A stretch of DNA of 64,000 nucleotides from Felis catus (taxonomy: Eukaryota), in the NCBI RefSeq assembly GCF_018350175.1, contig NC_058368.1:4278001-4342000 (forward strand), in the 5' to 3' direction. The translations under genes were made by a program, and so were the position numbers. This document shows, in pieces, positions 35,361 through 49,563 of the stretch. Under the pieces are notes generated by a model. It did no database searches. It saw nothing but the letters and a program-made list of their open reading frames with translations, and was not told where the DNA came from. How positions within the stretch are numbered: position 1 is the stretch's first letter; each line of letters opens with the position of its first letter.

Positions 35361-38300
35361 CGAACGTCTGAAAAGGTCTGCGAATGATCTAGTAGCAAGA
35401 TACAAAAGTTCTTACACGATGCATAACGTGAAAGCGAGACAATAAAGAGGAATGCAAGCTTGTGGTCGTGATTTCATACTCTTTGCGCTATGGCGTCACA
35501 AATCCTTGTTAGGTAGGGCGCAAAACTAGGCGGTATCTTAACCCCGTCGCCCTCGGAAACGCACTGCCCATTTGTTGTGCCCCGTCCCTCCTCCCCAAGC
35601 GGAGACTCTGAGGAGCCGCCAAAGTGAGTTAGAGGCGCAAAAGGATGAATTCTACACGCTTCTACTTACAGGGGCGAGACTCACGCCAGGCGGATCCAGA
35701 GACAGCAGACCGGTGGCCTCCGGGGCCTGGGAGGGGCTGGGGTCAGTCAGCCAGGGGTCTTCGCTGGGCAAGAGGCAAAGTTCCGGGGGCGGGGGGTGGG
35801 GGCGGGAATGTCCTTAAAGCCACAGAACCTTACACCGAGAAATGTTGACAACGGTACATTTTCACGTTATGTATATTTTCCCGCAATTTGTCAAGTATGA
35901 GAAAATCGCGCTCAGAACTCAGAAGGGTTCTCTTCCAATGGACCAAGCCATTTATGTCATTGATTTTACTTCAGCTTAACAAGCAAGTGAGACTTGTTTG
36001 GATGAGGCGCATCCTCACCGGATGCAGAGCTAGGCGAGGGTGGCCAGGTGCGTGGTGTTGAACCAGGTGCGTGGTGTTGAACCCCACTGAGTCCCTGGAG
36101 TGTGATGTTCCCCAGGTATTGTCACCTGCGTCACAGGCCCAGGCACCACTGCTCCCCCTGATCCCCTGCACCCATCTCTACTCCCTACCCCCCTCCCGCC
36201 CCCACCCCTACCCACACCTCCACCCCACCCTTCCCTCTTACCCCCCGCACCCTGGCTTGCGTGGGCCTCTGAGCTGGCCCGTGACTTAGTGGGCGGCAGA
36301 GGGAGGCCTGAACCCCACACACCCCAGACAGCCCCCCACCCTGGGCGTCTGTTTGCAAATGTGTGGTTCACCTTTACCTTTCCTTTTTCTCCTATCCCCC
36401 AACATTCATCTTAAGGTAAGGAGTGTTGGGCCAACTTTATTCTTTAAAAAGGACTGACTACCTTAAGTGGAGAATATTTTATTTAATTTCATCCCCAATC
36501 TCTTTGAGGGAAAAAAGAAAGTTGGTATATTTTTATTATGGGGTTTATATTGGAATTATCTAAAGACCTGCTAACATAGCAAATGGTTATGGCTAATAAA
36601 TTTGCTTTTGGAGTGCTGATTGTGTTCATGGGAAACGCCCAATATGGGGAAAATCTGTTTATATTCGAACGTTCACCATTTTGTATGCAAAGTCCTTTGA
36701 ATTTTACCACGAAAAGCCTCCCCGCTTTTTAAATGAGTAAATAATTCAAATCGGAATGTTATCACCTTAGAAAGAAAGAGTTCTAAGTTCTACGAGGCAG
36801 CACCTTTGACACAATATTAACGTTCTTGGAAAGGACATCTTATAAGTAAAAATGTGGTTGTGACTGTGTCTGTGGAAATAAAAAAACCTGCTTGAAATCG
36901 ATTAAGACGGGTTCAATTTAGGAGCTCGTGGACCCCGTGAGGCCCATGCACCAGAGTCCCTGCAAACTGGTCTCCTTTGATGGAGCACGTTCATCCGGGG
37001 ATGCAGGTGAGACACGTTCGAAATCAGTCCTCTGAGCAAATATCTTCCGGGCAATCGCCATGAGTCAGGTTCTCTTCCAAATGCTGGGGATTCAACAGGG
37101 ACTCCGAGAAGTCCACGCCATTAGAGACCTTCCAACTTAGAGGGGAAGAGACCACGGACACAAAGAAATGGCACGGTAATTTCATTCTGATAAATGAATG
37201 AAAAGGCGATGCTGTGAGTGAGACCATGTCAGAGCCCCCCACGGGCACAGGCGGAGAGGACCTCTCCAGGAGATGGCATTTGCGCTGATACCTTGGGGAC
37301 AGAAGAGCTGACTCCTGGCAGAGGAAGCCGCAAGAGTGGCAACAGGTGGAGGGAGCTGGTTAACGAGGAGAAAGCAAGAAAGCGATTGTACCTGGGGGGC
37401 CGTGCTAGAAGGCACGCTGGAGGGGGTGTGGTTTATTCCTAGTTTAGAGGGTATGTCTGGGTCTGGGGGAAGGACAGGAGCACCCTGCCCCCAGGCACCC
37501 ACATAACCAGCCCGGTGCCGGCCTGTCCCTGCCGCCCTATTCGGCTTTGCTCCTCCCAGGGGGCACCTCCCTTCTGCCGGGAACTGGCCTCATTCTGGTC
37601 TGCGTCTTCTCTCCTTGGAGGGGAGCCCGCACCTCACCTGTCTGTGCGTTTCCCATGGGGCTGCACACAGGGAACCCGTCCATTCCTGGTCCCCAGCAAT
37701 GTTCGAAAGAAAGCAGCCCGCATCCATGCGGCCCAGGCCTTTGGCCGTGTCAGGGCTGGAGTGACTTCTGACCAGCTGAGGTTGACCTCAGCTTACTTTA
37801 CCTTAAGACGAATACCAAGCAAAGAGCCCCGCTCTCTATGTGGGCCCCCGAAGGCCTGGCTCTTTAGTAGGTGATTTATTTACGGCTGTAGGGGACGGGG
37901 GTTTTAAACTCATGCTTGTGCCGGGTGGTGAATTTCATAAGCCAAACTTACTTACTATGCAAACCATTAAATGTGTAAGAAAATAAACATTTAGGGCTAC
38001 TTGTGACAGAGATTCGTCATTTTGAGAGATGAAAACTTTGCTCCTGGCATTTATGAAGATCCTACCTGTGGCCAGGACATTTCTCTCCATTTTTCTGTTT
38101 CTATCTCTGTCTCTCACACACACCCCTGTTGTTGATGGAGAGAGCACTGACCAGAGGACATCAAATGACATGGAACAACTCAGTGAGTCCCTGTCCCAGA
38201 GACCAAGGCTGGTTAATTCTCTGGCTTTGCACCCTTTGCTTTCAGAGGGTGGCCCGACACCTTAGCTGCTTTGATCTGCCACCTGTCTTTGGTACTGGTC

Positions 38301-39452
38301 TTCCAAAGGGACAGTTGTATGCTGGTTTCCTATCTTGTTTTCCTAACTTCCGGAAAGAAACAGAAAGGATTCTAAAACTCTGAGCCAAGCAGCTCCCAGA
38401 AAGAGGTGTGCCCAGAATAACGGACAAAGTGCCCGAGGCTGGCTCTGGGCCTAGGCCTGCCTCTTGCCGCGGGGACGCCCATGGGCCACTGGCGGTGGAA
38501 TCCAAGACCTCTTCTAGGGTGTCTGTCTGAGGACAAAGGTGAGTTGTAGGTGGGGAGTCAACGTCAAACAGAGGGCAGCAAGATGGCTGGGCACTCCCTT
38601 CCCTGGCTTGGCCTTTACTGGTGCGGGTGGGGATGAGGAAGAGTTCACTTGGCAAGAGTTCACACGGGTATGGGAGCACACCCTGAAAGATCTTGAGAAC
38701 ATCTCTGTCAGCTCCAGGTGTGAGGGATATAGGGCGTGGAGAGGCATGGAACAGGCTGATGGGCCGACCACCAGCTGCTAGAAACCCCGGTGGCTCAGGA
38801 GAGTTACCAGAATTCAGAATACCCAAATGCGGTATTCTGGTCAGAAGTCCTGGGCGTGCCCAAATCGTTGAGTCCATCACCCCTCTTACCTGCGGTTCAG
38901 CTGAGCCAGATGTATATACGGACGAGAGGCAGAAGGGGCGTTGCTATCCGATCGATTCACCTTCCACCCTCACCCCAGATGCTGTAAGATGATTCCAGAA
39001 GGATTACAATTCATTCATTGCCTACCATGGGCCAAGCAGCGTCCATGTGACTGTCATTCAGAAAGCAGGTGCTATTTCGTCCCATATTATGTTGAAAACA
39101 CTTAGACTTCTCCTGCCCCAAGCCCCAGAACTATTAAGGAATTGTATTTTCCCAGAATCATCCTCTCGTGACTTCACTACGATGCCCCCAGGGTTGGAAA
39201 ATACGATCTATGTACAGGATAGGTGTAAGGATCAATTTCAGGGGTCTGTGCCTCTGGAAACATTGTCCAGTCTATTCAAGAAGTTTCTCTCACTTTCCAT
39301 CCCCTTGTCCACCAGGAAAATTCCTCTATTAAGATGGCTCAAAATTGAAATAGTATTGAAACTACAGATATGTTACCCAACAAATTCTCCAAGATCAACA
39401 CAAAAGGACTAATCCAGAATGGGTACACGTTAAGGAAATATGCTCTCACATG

Positions 39453-39955
39453 CAGTTGACCCTTGAACTACGCAGAGGGTGAGGGGTGCTGACCCCTCCC
39501 CCTTGCAGTTGAAAGTCTATGAATAACTTAAAAAAATTTTTTTAATGTTTTTATTTATTTTTGAGAGCGAGAGAGAAGGGGAGATGGGCAGAAAGAGAGG
39601 GAGACAGGATCTGAAGCAGGCTCCAGGCTCTGAGCCATCAGCACAGAGCCCGATGCAGGGCTCGAACCCATGAACTGCGAGACTATGACCTGAGCTGAAG
39701 TCAGATGCTCAACCGACTGAGCCTCCCAGGCGCCCCAGTCCATGTATAACTTTGACTCCCCAAAGCTTAACTACTAATAGCCTACTGTTGACTGATAACA
39801 TAGTCCATGAACACATATTTGATATGTGTATTGGATACCATATTATAATAAAGTGAGCCAGAAAAAAGAAAATGTCAAGAAAATCACAAGAAAGCAAAAA
39901 TATATTTGCAGGCATATTTGTTGAAAACAGTGTGCATGTAAGTGGACCCACACGG
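39453..39955 (+). mobile_element. Tigger2a-like DNA transposon split by a Can-SINE (39530-39736, -)
   Basis: TIR-like cagttgacccttgaac...; ...taactttgactccccaaagcttaactactaatagcctactgttgac. The SINE has TSD-like agtctatgaataactt / agtccatgtataactt. Confidence 0.88.
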
Positions 39956-40835
39956 GACAATGTGTACTGATACAAACTTTCTAGAAGGAAATGGGGCAAA
40001 ATGCACCACGAGCTTCAATCACGCTGATACTGTTGGGCCTGGGAATTTCATTTCTAGAACTTTGAATGAAATCACCGTAAGTGGTCACAGATTAATTAGC
40101 AAGGTATTTAACTTCAGTGTTGTTTAGCAACAACCTAAATGCCCAATAAGGGTACTTGGTTCAATGAGCCAGGACCTTCTCTTGTCAGCAGGGAATGCGT
40201 CTTCGCAGTTATAGAGTCGTGGGCTTCCCAGAGAGTCCTACTGGTTGGTGAGTTACAGGTGCTGGGGGGTTGCGGGGGGCATCAGAGACCCCGTGCTTGG
40301 AGCCATCGTTTCCTTTCTTCCTCACTGTCCACCTGGGCCAACGCAGGAGCTGGGGACTTGGCCAGTTGTCTCCTTTAAACTCTCCCTGAGGTGGGTTCTT
40401 CCAGTGTATGAACAGAACGATAGAGTTGGCCAGCCCAGTGTGTCTCTTATGGTGAATTATGCCTCCCAATTTAGCTTTAATTAGGAATGGGGGAGGGGGG
40501 TGGTGAGATCTCCACAGCAGGTGGAGAACCAATCTCAATTGATTGGGGTGGGAAAGATGGGCGATGCTTACTGACTTCTTTCAAAGAGCCTCAAACACAT
40601 TCATTACAACTATATAGCCATTAAACTGGTATAGAAAAATACGTAGGACTCAGATGGTTGTATTTTAAAGCAAAAAAAGCAGGTTACAAAACAATAGGTA
40701 ATATGGTGCTGAGAAAACTGAGAGGACACCAACATCTTGTGGTGATTTTCTTCTTATTCTGTGTTCTCTAGTTTTTTTTGTTTTTGTTTGTTTTTTCACA
40801 AAGTGGTGTCGATTTAAAAAATAAGAATAAAATCC

Positions 40836-41045
40836 GGGGCCGCCTGAGCGGCTCAGTCGGTCAAGGGTCCGACTCGATTTTGGCTCAGGTCGTGATCTCA
40901 CGATTTGTGAGATCAAGCCCCACATCAGGCTCTGCGCTGACAACCCAGAGCCTGCTTGGGATTCTCTCTCTCTGCCCCTCCCCCACTCGAGTGTCCACCC
41001 ACACTTTTTCTCTCAAAGTAAATCAATTAAAAATATTTAAAACTA
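40836..41045 (+). mobile_element. Can-SINE
   Basis: Head, CT tract, tail; taagaataa on both flanks. Confidence 0.93.
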
Positions 41046-41959
41046 AAATTAAGAATAACATCTATATGTAACAATTTGCTCTGCGAATCATGATCTCTGA
41101 AGCCCTCCTCATGCCCCTCCAGGCTCCCTGGCATCACTGTGCCCCTCACCGTCCTCCCAGCCCTCATACACCCTGTACCAGGGCAGTTCTGGTACCTCAC
41201 TGTGTATGATCATCGCTTATTTACGGATCTCTTTTCCACTCGATTTCGAGCTCCTTCGGCCAGGGAGCACGTCTTCTCCATCTCTGTGGCCACAGCAACC
41301 AGCAGGGCACTCGGCTCATAATGGACACTCAACAGATGTTTGACCAACGTATTGCTGAACGGAAGGATAAGTGACATTTTAATAGGGTTCCCGGTACCTC
41401 AAGGGCAGTGACGGGGGAAACAGTGAGCAGCTAGGTGTTCTTTCAAGACGGAAGAAACGGAGGTGGGTTGGATGAACTCGGGAAGGCCCTCTCTATCCTA
41501 GGATGCCAAGGTTAGGCAAGCGAGACCTCACTGCTCTATCGTGGAGCAGCCCCTGCCTTCAGCCTGCACCACCTCTCACACGATGGCGAGCACCTGCGCC
41601 CGGGAACTAGCGATCTTGCAGGTAAACTGGACAGATGCGTGTGGAATCTTGCACCTCCATTCTCCTCCTCTGCCAGGCTCTAGGGGGGCTCACCACTTTT
41701 GTCTCAAGGGTACAGAAGAGCAGCTACAGTTGGATAGCTGTCCATTCTGGTGGACTCTGGCTTCTGGCCATAGCTCTTAGCACCTCACTCTGCCCCACAA
41801 AGCACCATAATCCCTCCTCGGTGGTGGTTCTTCTATTGTTTTCATCTGTCCAGGATCCTCTTCTGCTGACAGTCGGCCTCCTGTGACCATTTCCCTCTGT
41901 GTAGCTGCCCTCCTTCTTGCTCAGACCATGCTTCCAATTGAGTGGCCCTCTTCTATGTC

Positions 41960-42320
41960 CCGGGTTGAGTAATGACCCAGACTTCATGTGATCCTCACAT
42001 GACCCATGCATCAGAGCTCCCCTGTAGCTACAGTGCCTAGCTCAGGGCTGAGCATGTGACCAAGATGGGTCCAATCAGAATCAACCCAGGGACGTGCTAG
42101 GGCCATCGTGAAACAGGTGTCCTTTCCCCATTGGGGTTACTAAGCTGTAGCTGATTCTCGCTGCTGCCGTGTGGACGGGTGTGACCACCAGGGAGTGAAA
42201 ACCACAGAACATAGCTCTTTGGGAAAGAATAGAATTTGGACATTGGTAACTTCTTTTTACTGGCGTTTTGGTCTTGGACAAATTTAAATTCTGTAAGCGT
42301 ATCCTTGGTTAATAATAATT
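41960..42320. mobile_element. ERVL-type LTR fragment (LTR33/LTR16-like)
   Basis: gagcatgtgaccaagatgggtccaatcagaatc motif. Confidence 0.5.
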
Positions 42321-42325
42321 ATGAT

Positions 42326-42405
42326 GGGGCATCTGGGTGGCTCAGTCAGTTAAGTGTCCACTTCGGCTCAGGTCATGATCTTGCGATCTGTGAGTCCGAG
42401 CCCCG
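42326..42405 (+). mobile_element. 3'-truncated Can-SINE (tRNA-like head only)
   Basis: ggggcatctgggtggctcagtcagttaag...gagtccgagcccc, then unique sequence. Confidence 0.85.
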
Positions 42406-42769
42406 TTGTGACCAGATTTTCCCCAGTCCCCAGCACGGCATCTGTTTCACAGCGGGACACAGAGAATTGATGTCTGTTAAATGAGATGCCAGGCAGAAGG
42501 ACTCATTGCAATAGCACAATGCTTTCTCTGAAAATAACTTCATGCAAATTTGATGGGACTGTCCGCGGTTTCTGTGGGCGCTGTGGAAATGTACTGTTTA
42601 GATCTTCCTCAAGAGAGCCTGCGCTGGGGATTACAGTTGACTGACAGCACCAGTGGCTAAGCCTTGGGGTCCAGCACAGCAGGGTTGGTGGGCTGGGCTT
42701 CCCCTGGGCAGGGGACTCCACTCAGTGACGGACCGTGGCGAGGGTACTGGTGCTGGACCGTTTCTGGCG

Positions 42770-44280
42770 CTATTTTTAACAGCCTAACTGAAGCGTGATT
42801 CATATGCCACAAAATTCACTTATTTAAAGCATATACTTCAATGGTTTTCAGTATCGTCACAGAGTGGTGCGACCATCACCACTAATTCTAGATCATTTCC
42901 ATCATCCCCAAGTGAAACCCCACACCCGTGATCACTCCCCATTTCCTCCAGCTCCCACTTCCGAGGCGATCACTAATCTACTTTCTGCCTCTCTGTATTT
43001 GTCTACTCTGGAGATTTTATATAATTAGGATCATACAATTCTTGGTCTTTCGCTTAGCATCATGTTTTCAGGGTTCATCCACAGTGTAGTACGTAACGAT
43101 GCTTTGTTTCTTTTTACTGCTGAGTAACATTCCACTCTGTGGCTATACCACTTTTGTTTCTCTGCGTATCACTTGATGAACTGTGGGTAGTTTCTACTTT
43201 TTGCGTATTATGAATAAAGTTTCTATGAACATTCATGTATGAATTTTGGGATTTATAAAGATTTTACATTTACATATGAATGTGTTATACAAATATATAT
43301 TCAGACAAATATCCAATAGATCTAATATATTTAATATATTCCTATTTCATTTCACGGGTATATACCCGGGGGTAGAATTGCTGAGTCATATGACAACTGT
43401 ATGCTTAACTTTTTGAGTCATTACCAAACTGTTTTCCAAAGAAGCTGCACCATTTTATATTCCCATCAGCAATGGGAGAGTTCCAGTGTCTCCACATCCC
43501 CCCAGGGCTTGTTACTGTCTTTTTGACTTGCATTTCCCCAATGGTTAATGACGGGAAGCATCTTTTCATGTGCTTCCTGGCTGTATGTGTATCTTCTTTG
43601 GAGAAATATCTGTTCAGCTCCTTTGCCCATTTTTTAATTGGGTTATGTTGCCCTTTTATTGTTGAGTCATAAAAGTTCCCTATATTCAAGTCCCCTATCA
43701 AAGATAGGATTTGCAAATATTTCCTCCCATTCTGTGGGTTGTCTTTTTGCTTTCTTGTTAGTGTAATTTGCAGCAAAATGGAAAAGTTTTACATTTTGGT
43801 GCAGTCCTATTTATCTGTTTTTTATTTTGTCTCTGGTACTTTTGGTGTCCTATCTAGGAGCCCATTACTCAGCCCAAGGTCATAAAAATGTACACCTATG
43901 TTTACAGTTTTAGCTCTTATACTCAAGCCTATAATTCATTTGTAGGTATATGGGGTGAAGTAGTAGAGGTCTAATTTCATTCTTTTGTATGTGAATATCT
44001 AGCTATTCCTGAACCATTTTTTGGAAAGAGTATTCCTTCCCCATTGGAAGGAAATCAGCATTCTTGTCAAAAGTCAATTGACCATAAATGTAAAGCTTTA
44101 TCTCTGGACTCTCAATTTTATTCCAGTGGCCTGTATGTCTATCCTCATGCCAGTACCACACTGTCTGGATTACAGCAGCTTTGTGGTATGTGTTGAAATT
44201 GGGGAGTGTGAGTCCTCCGATTTTGTTCTTTTTCAAGATGGCCTGAGGTACTGTGTCGTTTACATTTCCATATGAATGCT
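42770..44280 (-). mobile_element. L1M (L1MB-like) 3' portion: ORF2 C-terminal remnant plus 3'UTR
   Basis: ORF-track peptides AILKKNKIGGLTLPNFNTYHKAAVIQTVWYWH...IESPEI..IYGQLTFDK and NPIKKWAKELNRYFSKED...HMKRC are L1 ORF2p motifs, with frameshifts. Confidence 0.92.
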
Positions 44281-44299
44281 GGATAGTTTCTGTGGGGGG

Positions 44300-44570
44300 C
44301 AGGACCCCTCTGGTGAGCAACTTTGACTTGCAGACTCCCCACTGGCCTGTCCAAAACCTTCTCAGAGTTCTGAGTTGCTTCCTCTTGCCTGATATTCCTT
44401 CCCCACCGCTCTCCTTTCACGGCTGTCTGACCTGCATCAGTGTCTAAGGGCTCTCCCTGCAAACTTTTCCTACCTCCTCTTTATCCTTCACATGCATTTC
44501 CCCCAATTAATCTCCTGTGCATCTAAGCCTGTCTCACCATCTGCTTCTCAAAGGACCTGAACTGACTCTG
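44300..44570 (+). mobile_element. ERVL-type LTR fragment (MER74/LTR16-like)
   Basis: Ends ...ctcctgtgcatctaagcctgtctcaccatctgcttctcaaaggacctgaactgac. Confidence 0.55.
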
Positions 44571-44669
44571 TTTCCCTGGCTTGGATTTTCTAAATCCCCT
44601 TTCAAACCTTTCTGATACACTTGGAGCTGTATCAATCCCCAAGCAGGACTTCCTTCTGAAGCATCCCTG

Positions 44670-44900
44670 CTAGGCGCTTATCAGCTTCTGTTCGAACATT
44701 TCCAGTAATGGAAGGGCCCCGTGTCATTGTTAGCAGCTCAACTTATTAGCAAGATATCCTTTATACTGAGTCAAAACTAGACGGCCTCTGTGGCTTTAGG
44801 TCACTGATAGTTTTGCCTTTCTGGGGACTGTAAAGGCTGTCCCTCCTCCCACATAGCAGTTTTTAAAAATGTCTGCAGTCAGCCAGCATGTCTTTCCTCC
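44670..44900. mobile_element. L3/CR1 fragment
   Basis: gaacatttccagtaatggaag...cagctcaacttattagcaagatatcctttatactgagtcaaaa. Confidence 0.5.
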
Positions 44901-44994
44901 AGGCTCTGTCCAGTTCTTTTCCTCATGCCTCACTTACCATGACTAATAGGCCTTCCATTTGTCTCCCTTGGATGAGACCTGCTTTGTTAAAATC

Positions 44995-45403
44995 TGAAAT
45001 AGGGTTCTCTAGGGAAATAGAACTAATAAAAATACACTGGGGGTCAGGAAGAGAGAGAGAGAGAAGGAGAAAGAGATTGATTGATCGTAAGGAATTGGTT
45101 CACATGATAATGGAGGTTGGCAAGTCCAGATCTGCAGGGTGGGTGGGCAGGCTGGAGACCCAGGAGAGCTGATGTTGCAGATGAAGTCCAAAGGTAGCCT
45201 GCAGCAGAATTCATCCTTGCTTGTAGAAGGGTAGTCTCTTGTTCTATTCAAGGCTTTGACTGATTGGGTGAGGACCACCCAGATTATTGATTAACCTAGA
45301 CATTAATCTCATTGAAAAACATCCCCACAGAAACATCCAGAATGATGTTAGGCCACCTATCTGAGGGGGCCCGGCCAAGCTGACACATAAAATTAGCCAT
45401 CAC
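44995..45403 (-). mobile_element. MLT2-type (ERVL) solo LTR
   Basis: agggttctctagggaaatagaac...actgattgggtgaggaccaccc...caagctgacacataaaattagccatcac. Confidence 0.85.
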
Positions 45404-46490
45404 GATGTCTATCTGGAGAATGTGACGCAGAAGCCAGCCACAATGCTGCAAAGCCCTGTGATTGGTGACGGGGGTGTAATACATCATTTCACACTCTTCA
45501 CACACCTCTGGGGACAATGTGGACTCATCCAACTCTACGTTCCTCAGAGGCATGTGATCGTGAGACCTGATGCCATCCCATCACCCTTGCCATTATCCTG
45601 ACCAGGTTTCTTGACAGAATGACCTACACTCGTTGCTTCTGGTTTCATTTTTCATCTGGTTTCTCTCTCCGCTCACATTCTCTTAGTCCCCAGGTGTAAG
45701 AGGAGCTATGGCCCGTCCTGCCCCTGCCCCTCTGCGGCCCTGGACGCTATCACTATCCCCACTCTGGAAACCCTTCCCTGCCTTAGCCAACATGATCCAC
45801 ACTCTCCTCCCATTTTGTTCAGTTCAACAACTGGTAATGGCTGTGTGTCACCCACTGCTGGGTGCCGGGGACACAGAAACTGCTCAGACCTCCTTTCCCC
45901 TCAGTTCTCTTGACTCTCTCTTCAGGCTCCTCCCATTCACGGTATAGAAGAAAAAGCACAGTAATATATGGATTGCGCAGAACTCCATAAAACACGCAAT
46001 ATCCATTAGGTAAATACTGAGCTACTACAACGTGCAAGACGTCGTGAGGGACCCACCCCAAAACAACAAAAGATGTAGCCTTTCCCCTTGGGGAATTAAC
46101 AATCTAGCAGCAGGGGTGATAAACATGTTCACAAACACATACATTATCAAGTAGGAAGCACAAGAGCTCTTTAAAAGATTTAATTACATGCCGTGAGTTA
46201 AGATCAAAAAAGGGAAACCAGGTCTCAGGCAAGTGGCCTCGGAGTTGCAACCTGATGTGCGTGTAGGATTTGGGCATGTGGAACACAAGGAAGGACGTTC
46301 CAGGCAGAAGCAGCTGCCTTGAGAAGGCACAGGTGAGGCGGAAGGCACACAGGGCCCGGGATGCCACCAGCTATCAGGTTGCCAGACAGTTTGCTTGGCA
46401 TTTTTTTTCAAACGTTCAACATGGACTCCGTGCAAGGTTCTTTGGTAGCAACACGGTGTGGTAAGCAACACGCTTTAGAAGTGTCTTCTA

Positions 46491-46672
46491 GGGGCACCTG
46501 GGTGGCTCATTCAGTTGAGTGTCTGACTCTTGATTTCAGCTCAGGTCACGATCCCAGGGTCGTGGGACCGAGCCCCGAATTCTGTGCGGAGCGTGGAGCC
46601 TGCTTAGGATTTGTTCTCTTTCTCCCTCTGCCCCTCTCCCCCACTAGCACTCTCTAAAATATAAAATAAAAA
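46491..46672 (+). mobile_element. Can-SINE
   Basis: Head and tail present. Confidence 0.93.
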
Positions 46673-49563
46673 TCCCCTTAAAATCAGCATCTTGTATTTT
46701 GTGGGGGGAATGGATATAAAATAATCTGTCTAGGTTTCAGTCTCTCTGGTTCTTTTGGGGTGGCGGTCACCTCTTTGTTCTGGAATCCTTTGCTCATCTG
46801 TTTCACCGAGGCAGTCCTTCACTTCGGTCCCTTTTCTCATTTCGGTCCCTTTTCTCGTTCCTCCCTGTCACTTCCCTCAAGACCTCCCTGAAGACGTACT
46901 TGCTCTTACATTCTGGTCTAACCTGTAACCACACACTAGAAGTCCCTTCATTCTTCGGCACCTGTCGACTACACAGTTAGCAGTGTTGAGGGCAGAATTC
47001 AGATTTTAATCATCCTTGTTATTTAGAGCACCCATCACAGGGCTTACAAAGCTGTAACTGATTCGGTCCGAACAAATACCAACCGTGCTGAGAATTCCCA
47101 CACGGATAGGCGTGAGAGAGACAAACATACTACATGTCACACTTCCTATCGTGCGTGTTTTTGTGTGTTCCGAGTGGTTCTCAGGACCTCGGCTACTGTA
47201 TGTACCCGAGTGACTGCATAGTTGTGTCCCTCACCCCCAACAGGGTGCTAATGTTGCTCTTACGTAAGGAGACCAACTATGTTGTCATGATTAAATTCCC
47301 CTGGCCTTTGACCTCTCAGGAGCTCTAGGACTTGCTAAGTGTTCTAACCGTGATGTATCCCAATCTTCCCTAATGCAAGTCCTTGGCTTTCCCGGTCTGA
47401 TGTTGTAACATTATATCATATTCTGCTGTGTCTTCTATCTGCCCATGGGCCCCTTGGCCTCCTCAATGGGTCATGTGACCATACAACACTGCATCCATGT
47501 CTATGTGTACACTTGAGAGCCTGCAGAAAACATGCATGTTCCCCTGAAGACGTGTATCAAGTGGGAAGGGTAGTGAAGTTGGCAAGGAACCCAAGAAGCT
47601 GGCTCTGGTCCTGCGTCTGCCAGTGACCGGCGCTGTGCCACCAGACAGGTCACCAAGCCTGCCTGCCTCAAAGGTGAGGAGCATCCCATGAGATAACTAC
47701 AAGACAAAGTTTTCCATAAACTGAAAAAGGGCACATGAGTGTCGAGCACTGTCGTTGTTCAGTGTTTTATCTCAATCACTTTTACCAACCAGACTAGACC
47801 TTGGGTGTGAATACAACGTCTGTCTGCACAAATTGTTCCGCGAACGTCCCAGAGACGTTTTCTGAATTTGCTTCCAGCAGCCAAGCATTTCTTCAGAATT
47901 GGAAAAATTCTTTAAATTTGGCTCTCTCATGATTATTAAACTTTTTGTAAATGTTCAATGATTAAAATTAACATATCGCCTACTTTTTTTGAAGTTTGGG
48001 AATAGAAGAAGAAGAATGGAGAAAAATAAAAGGCCAATCTCCAAACACTAAAGATAACCACATTAACATTTTATTCATTTTCCTACAGTTCTTTTTCTAC
48101 GTGATTTTTTTCGTGCTTATATATTCATAAGTGCTTCGAATTGGATTTTTGGAAGCTGGTGGTATATCATGGTTACAGGAGAGAATTTTTCCCCCGAGGA
48201 ATTGCTGTGCGCTTATGGGTTTATTCCCATCATAAGGAAAAGCATTCATAATAAAATAATTTGCTTTTATGATTTATCCAGCTGTTATTTTGAAAGAGGC
48301 AGTGACCCCTCTGCATTCTTAGAAGCTCCATAGGGATTTCCTTTCCTTTGATGCTTGGCCTAAAGTATTTTTTCTTTTAGCAATTTTTAAAGAAAGGTAC
48401 AAAGCTTAGATGTTTCCTGAGCCCTTATATATCTGAGAATGCTATTTTGCATCTCAGACTTTACCTCTCAAAACTTTTTTTCACTGTCCTTTGGCATTTA
48501 ATGAAGATGAACAACTGCATTCTGGGATCACCGTAATTTTTTGTTCCTTTATGCGTAAGCCTGTTATTTCCAGCTGAATGTTTTTAGTAGTTACTTCCCA
48601 GCTTTGTGCAAAATGTCATCCATAGGTACTCCAAAAAAGGGGGTGAGGGTCCTATGATCAAATGTGTTTGGGAAATACTGGTTCCTATATGCAATGCTAG
48701 AGATGTTCTGTAATTGCAGGATTGCTAACTTTCCACACTTAGTTAGCATTTCCCAAATGTATTTCACAACAGGACCCTTCTGAGTTCACAAGTAACAGCT
48801 ACTGGGAAGTGTTCTGCAAAGCCCAATTTGGGATACGCTGGCTTAGAATTTTAATTATATTCGTAATTAACCTCTCAAAGGACAGGCAGATTGCGTCTAC
48901 GCAAGGGTCTCTTTTCACTGTTTTATTTGTTTTGGTCTGGAATGCAGGATTCTTTTCTTTTCTAATTAAAAAAACCTAAAATGCACTAAGGTATAATTTA
49001 CTGTTTTAACCACTTCTAAGTGTACAGTTCAGTGGCATTAAGTACATTCACATTTACTGGGCAACCATCAAAATCCCCTTGTTAAACTGCACACTTATTT
49101 TTTCTTCCCATCTCAAAAGTTTCCTTAAATCCCCGGAATGGCATGTATCCACCAGAGCAACTCCAACGTGCTGGAGGCTGTTTTGAGCCGTGGGAATGCA
49201 GAAGAATTGATCTTTTGCTCTTGCCTTTGTTCCTCAGAATTCTGTCACCCAGAGGAGGTTGGCTCCCCTCTCGGCCACCTGGCCATCGGTCTCACCACAT
49301 CTCTTTGAGCTGCACCCGGAGATGCTTCTCAAGGTTGACCTCGACAGTCTTGCTCTTTTCTGCTTGGATCACGTTTTAAATCACTGTACTCACGTCTCAG
49401 TTTCTCTGCCTTTTTTTTTTTTTAGCTTATCCTATTACCTTATTTTTGCTCAGCGTTTCTTTTATGGCTTCATTTAATAGTGTGTTTTCTCAAATCTCAT
49501 TGAGAATACCAGAGAGGTTTCCTACAATGTGCCTTATTTACTTCCTTTAAAAAATAATTTTCA

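Noticed and set aside
38539..38781. Protein-looking peptide DEEEFTWQEFTRVWEHTLKDLENIS as an exon or processed pseudogene
   Set aside because: No family recognised and no convincing splice pair, poly(A) or TSD. A BLASTX search would be needed.
43405..44320. ORFs with protein-like sequence
   Set aside because: Frameshifted L1 ORF2p remnants, not host genes.
46820..46858. Short tandem duplication ttcggtcccttttctc x2
   Set aside because: Ordinary slippage duplication with no further structure.
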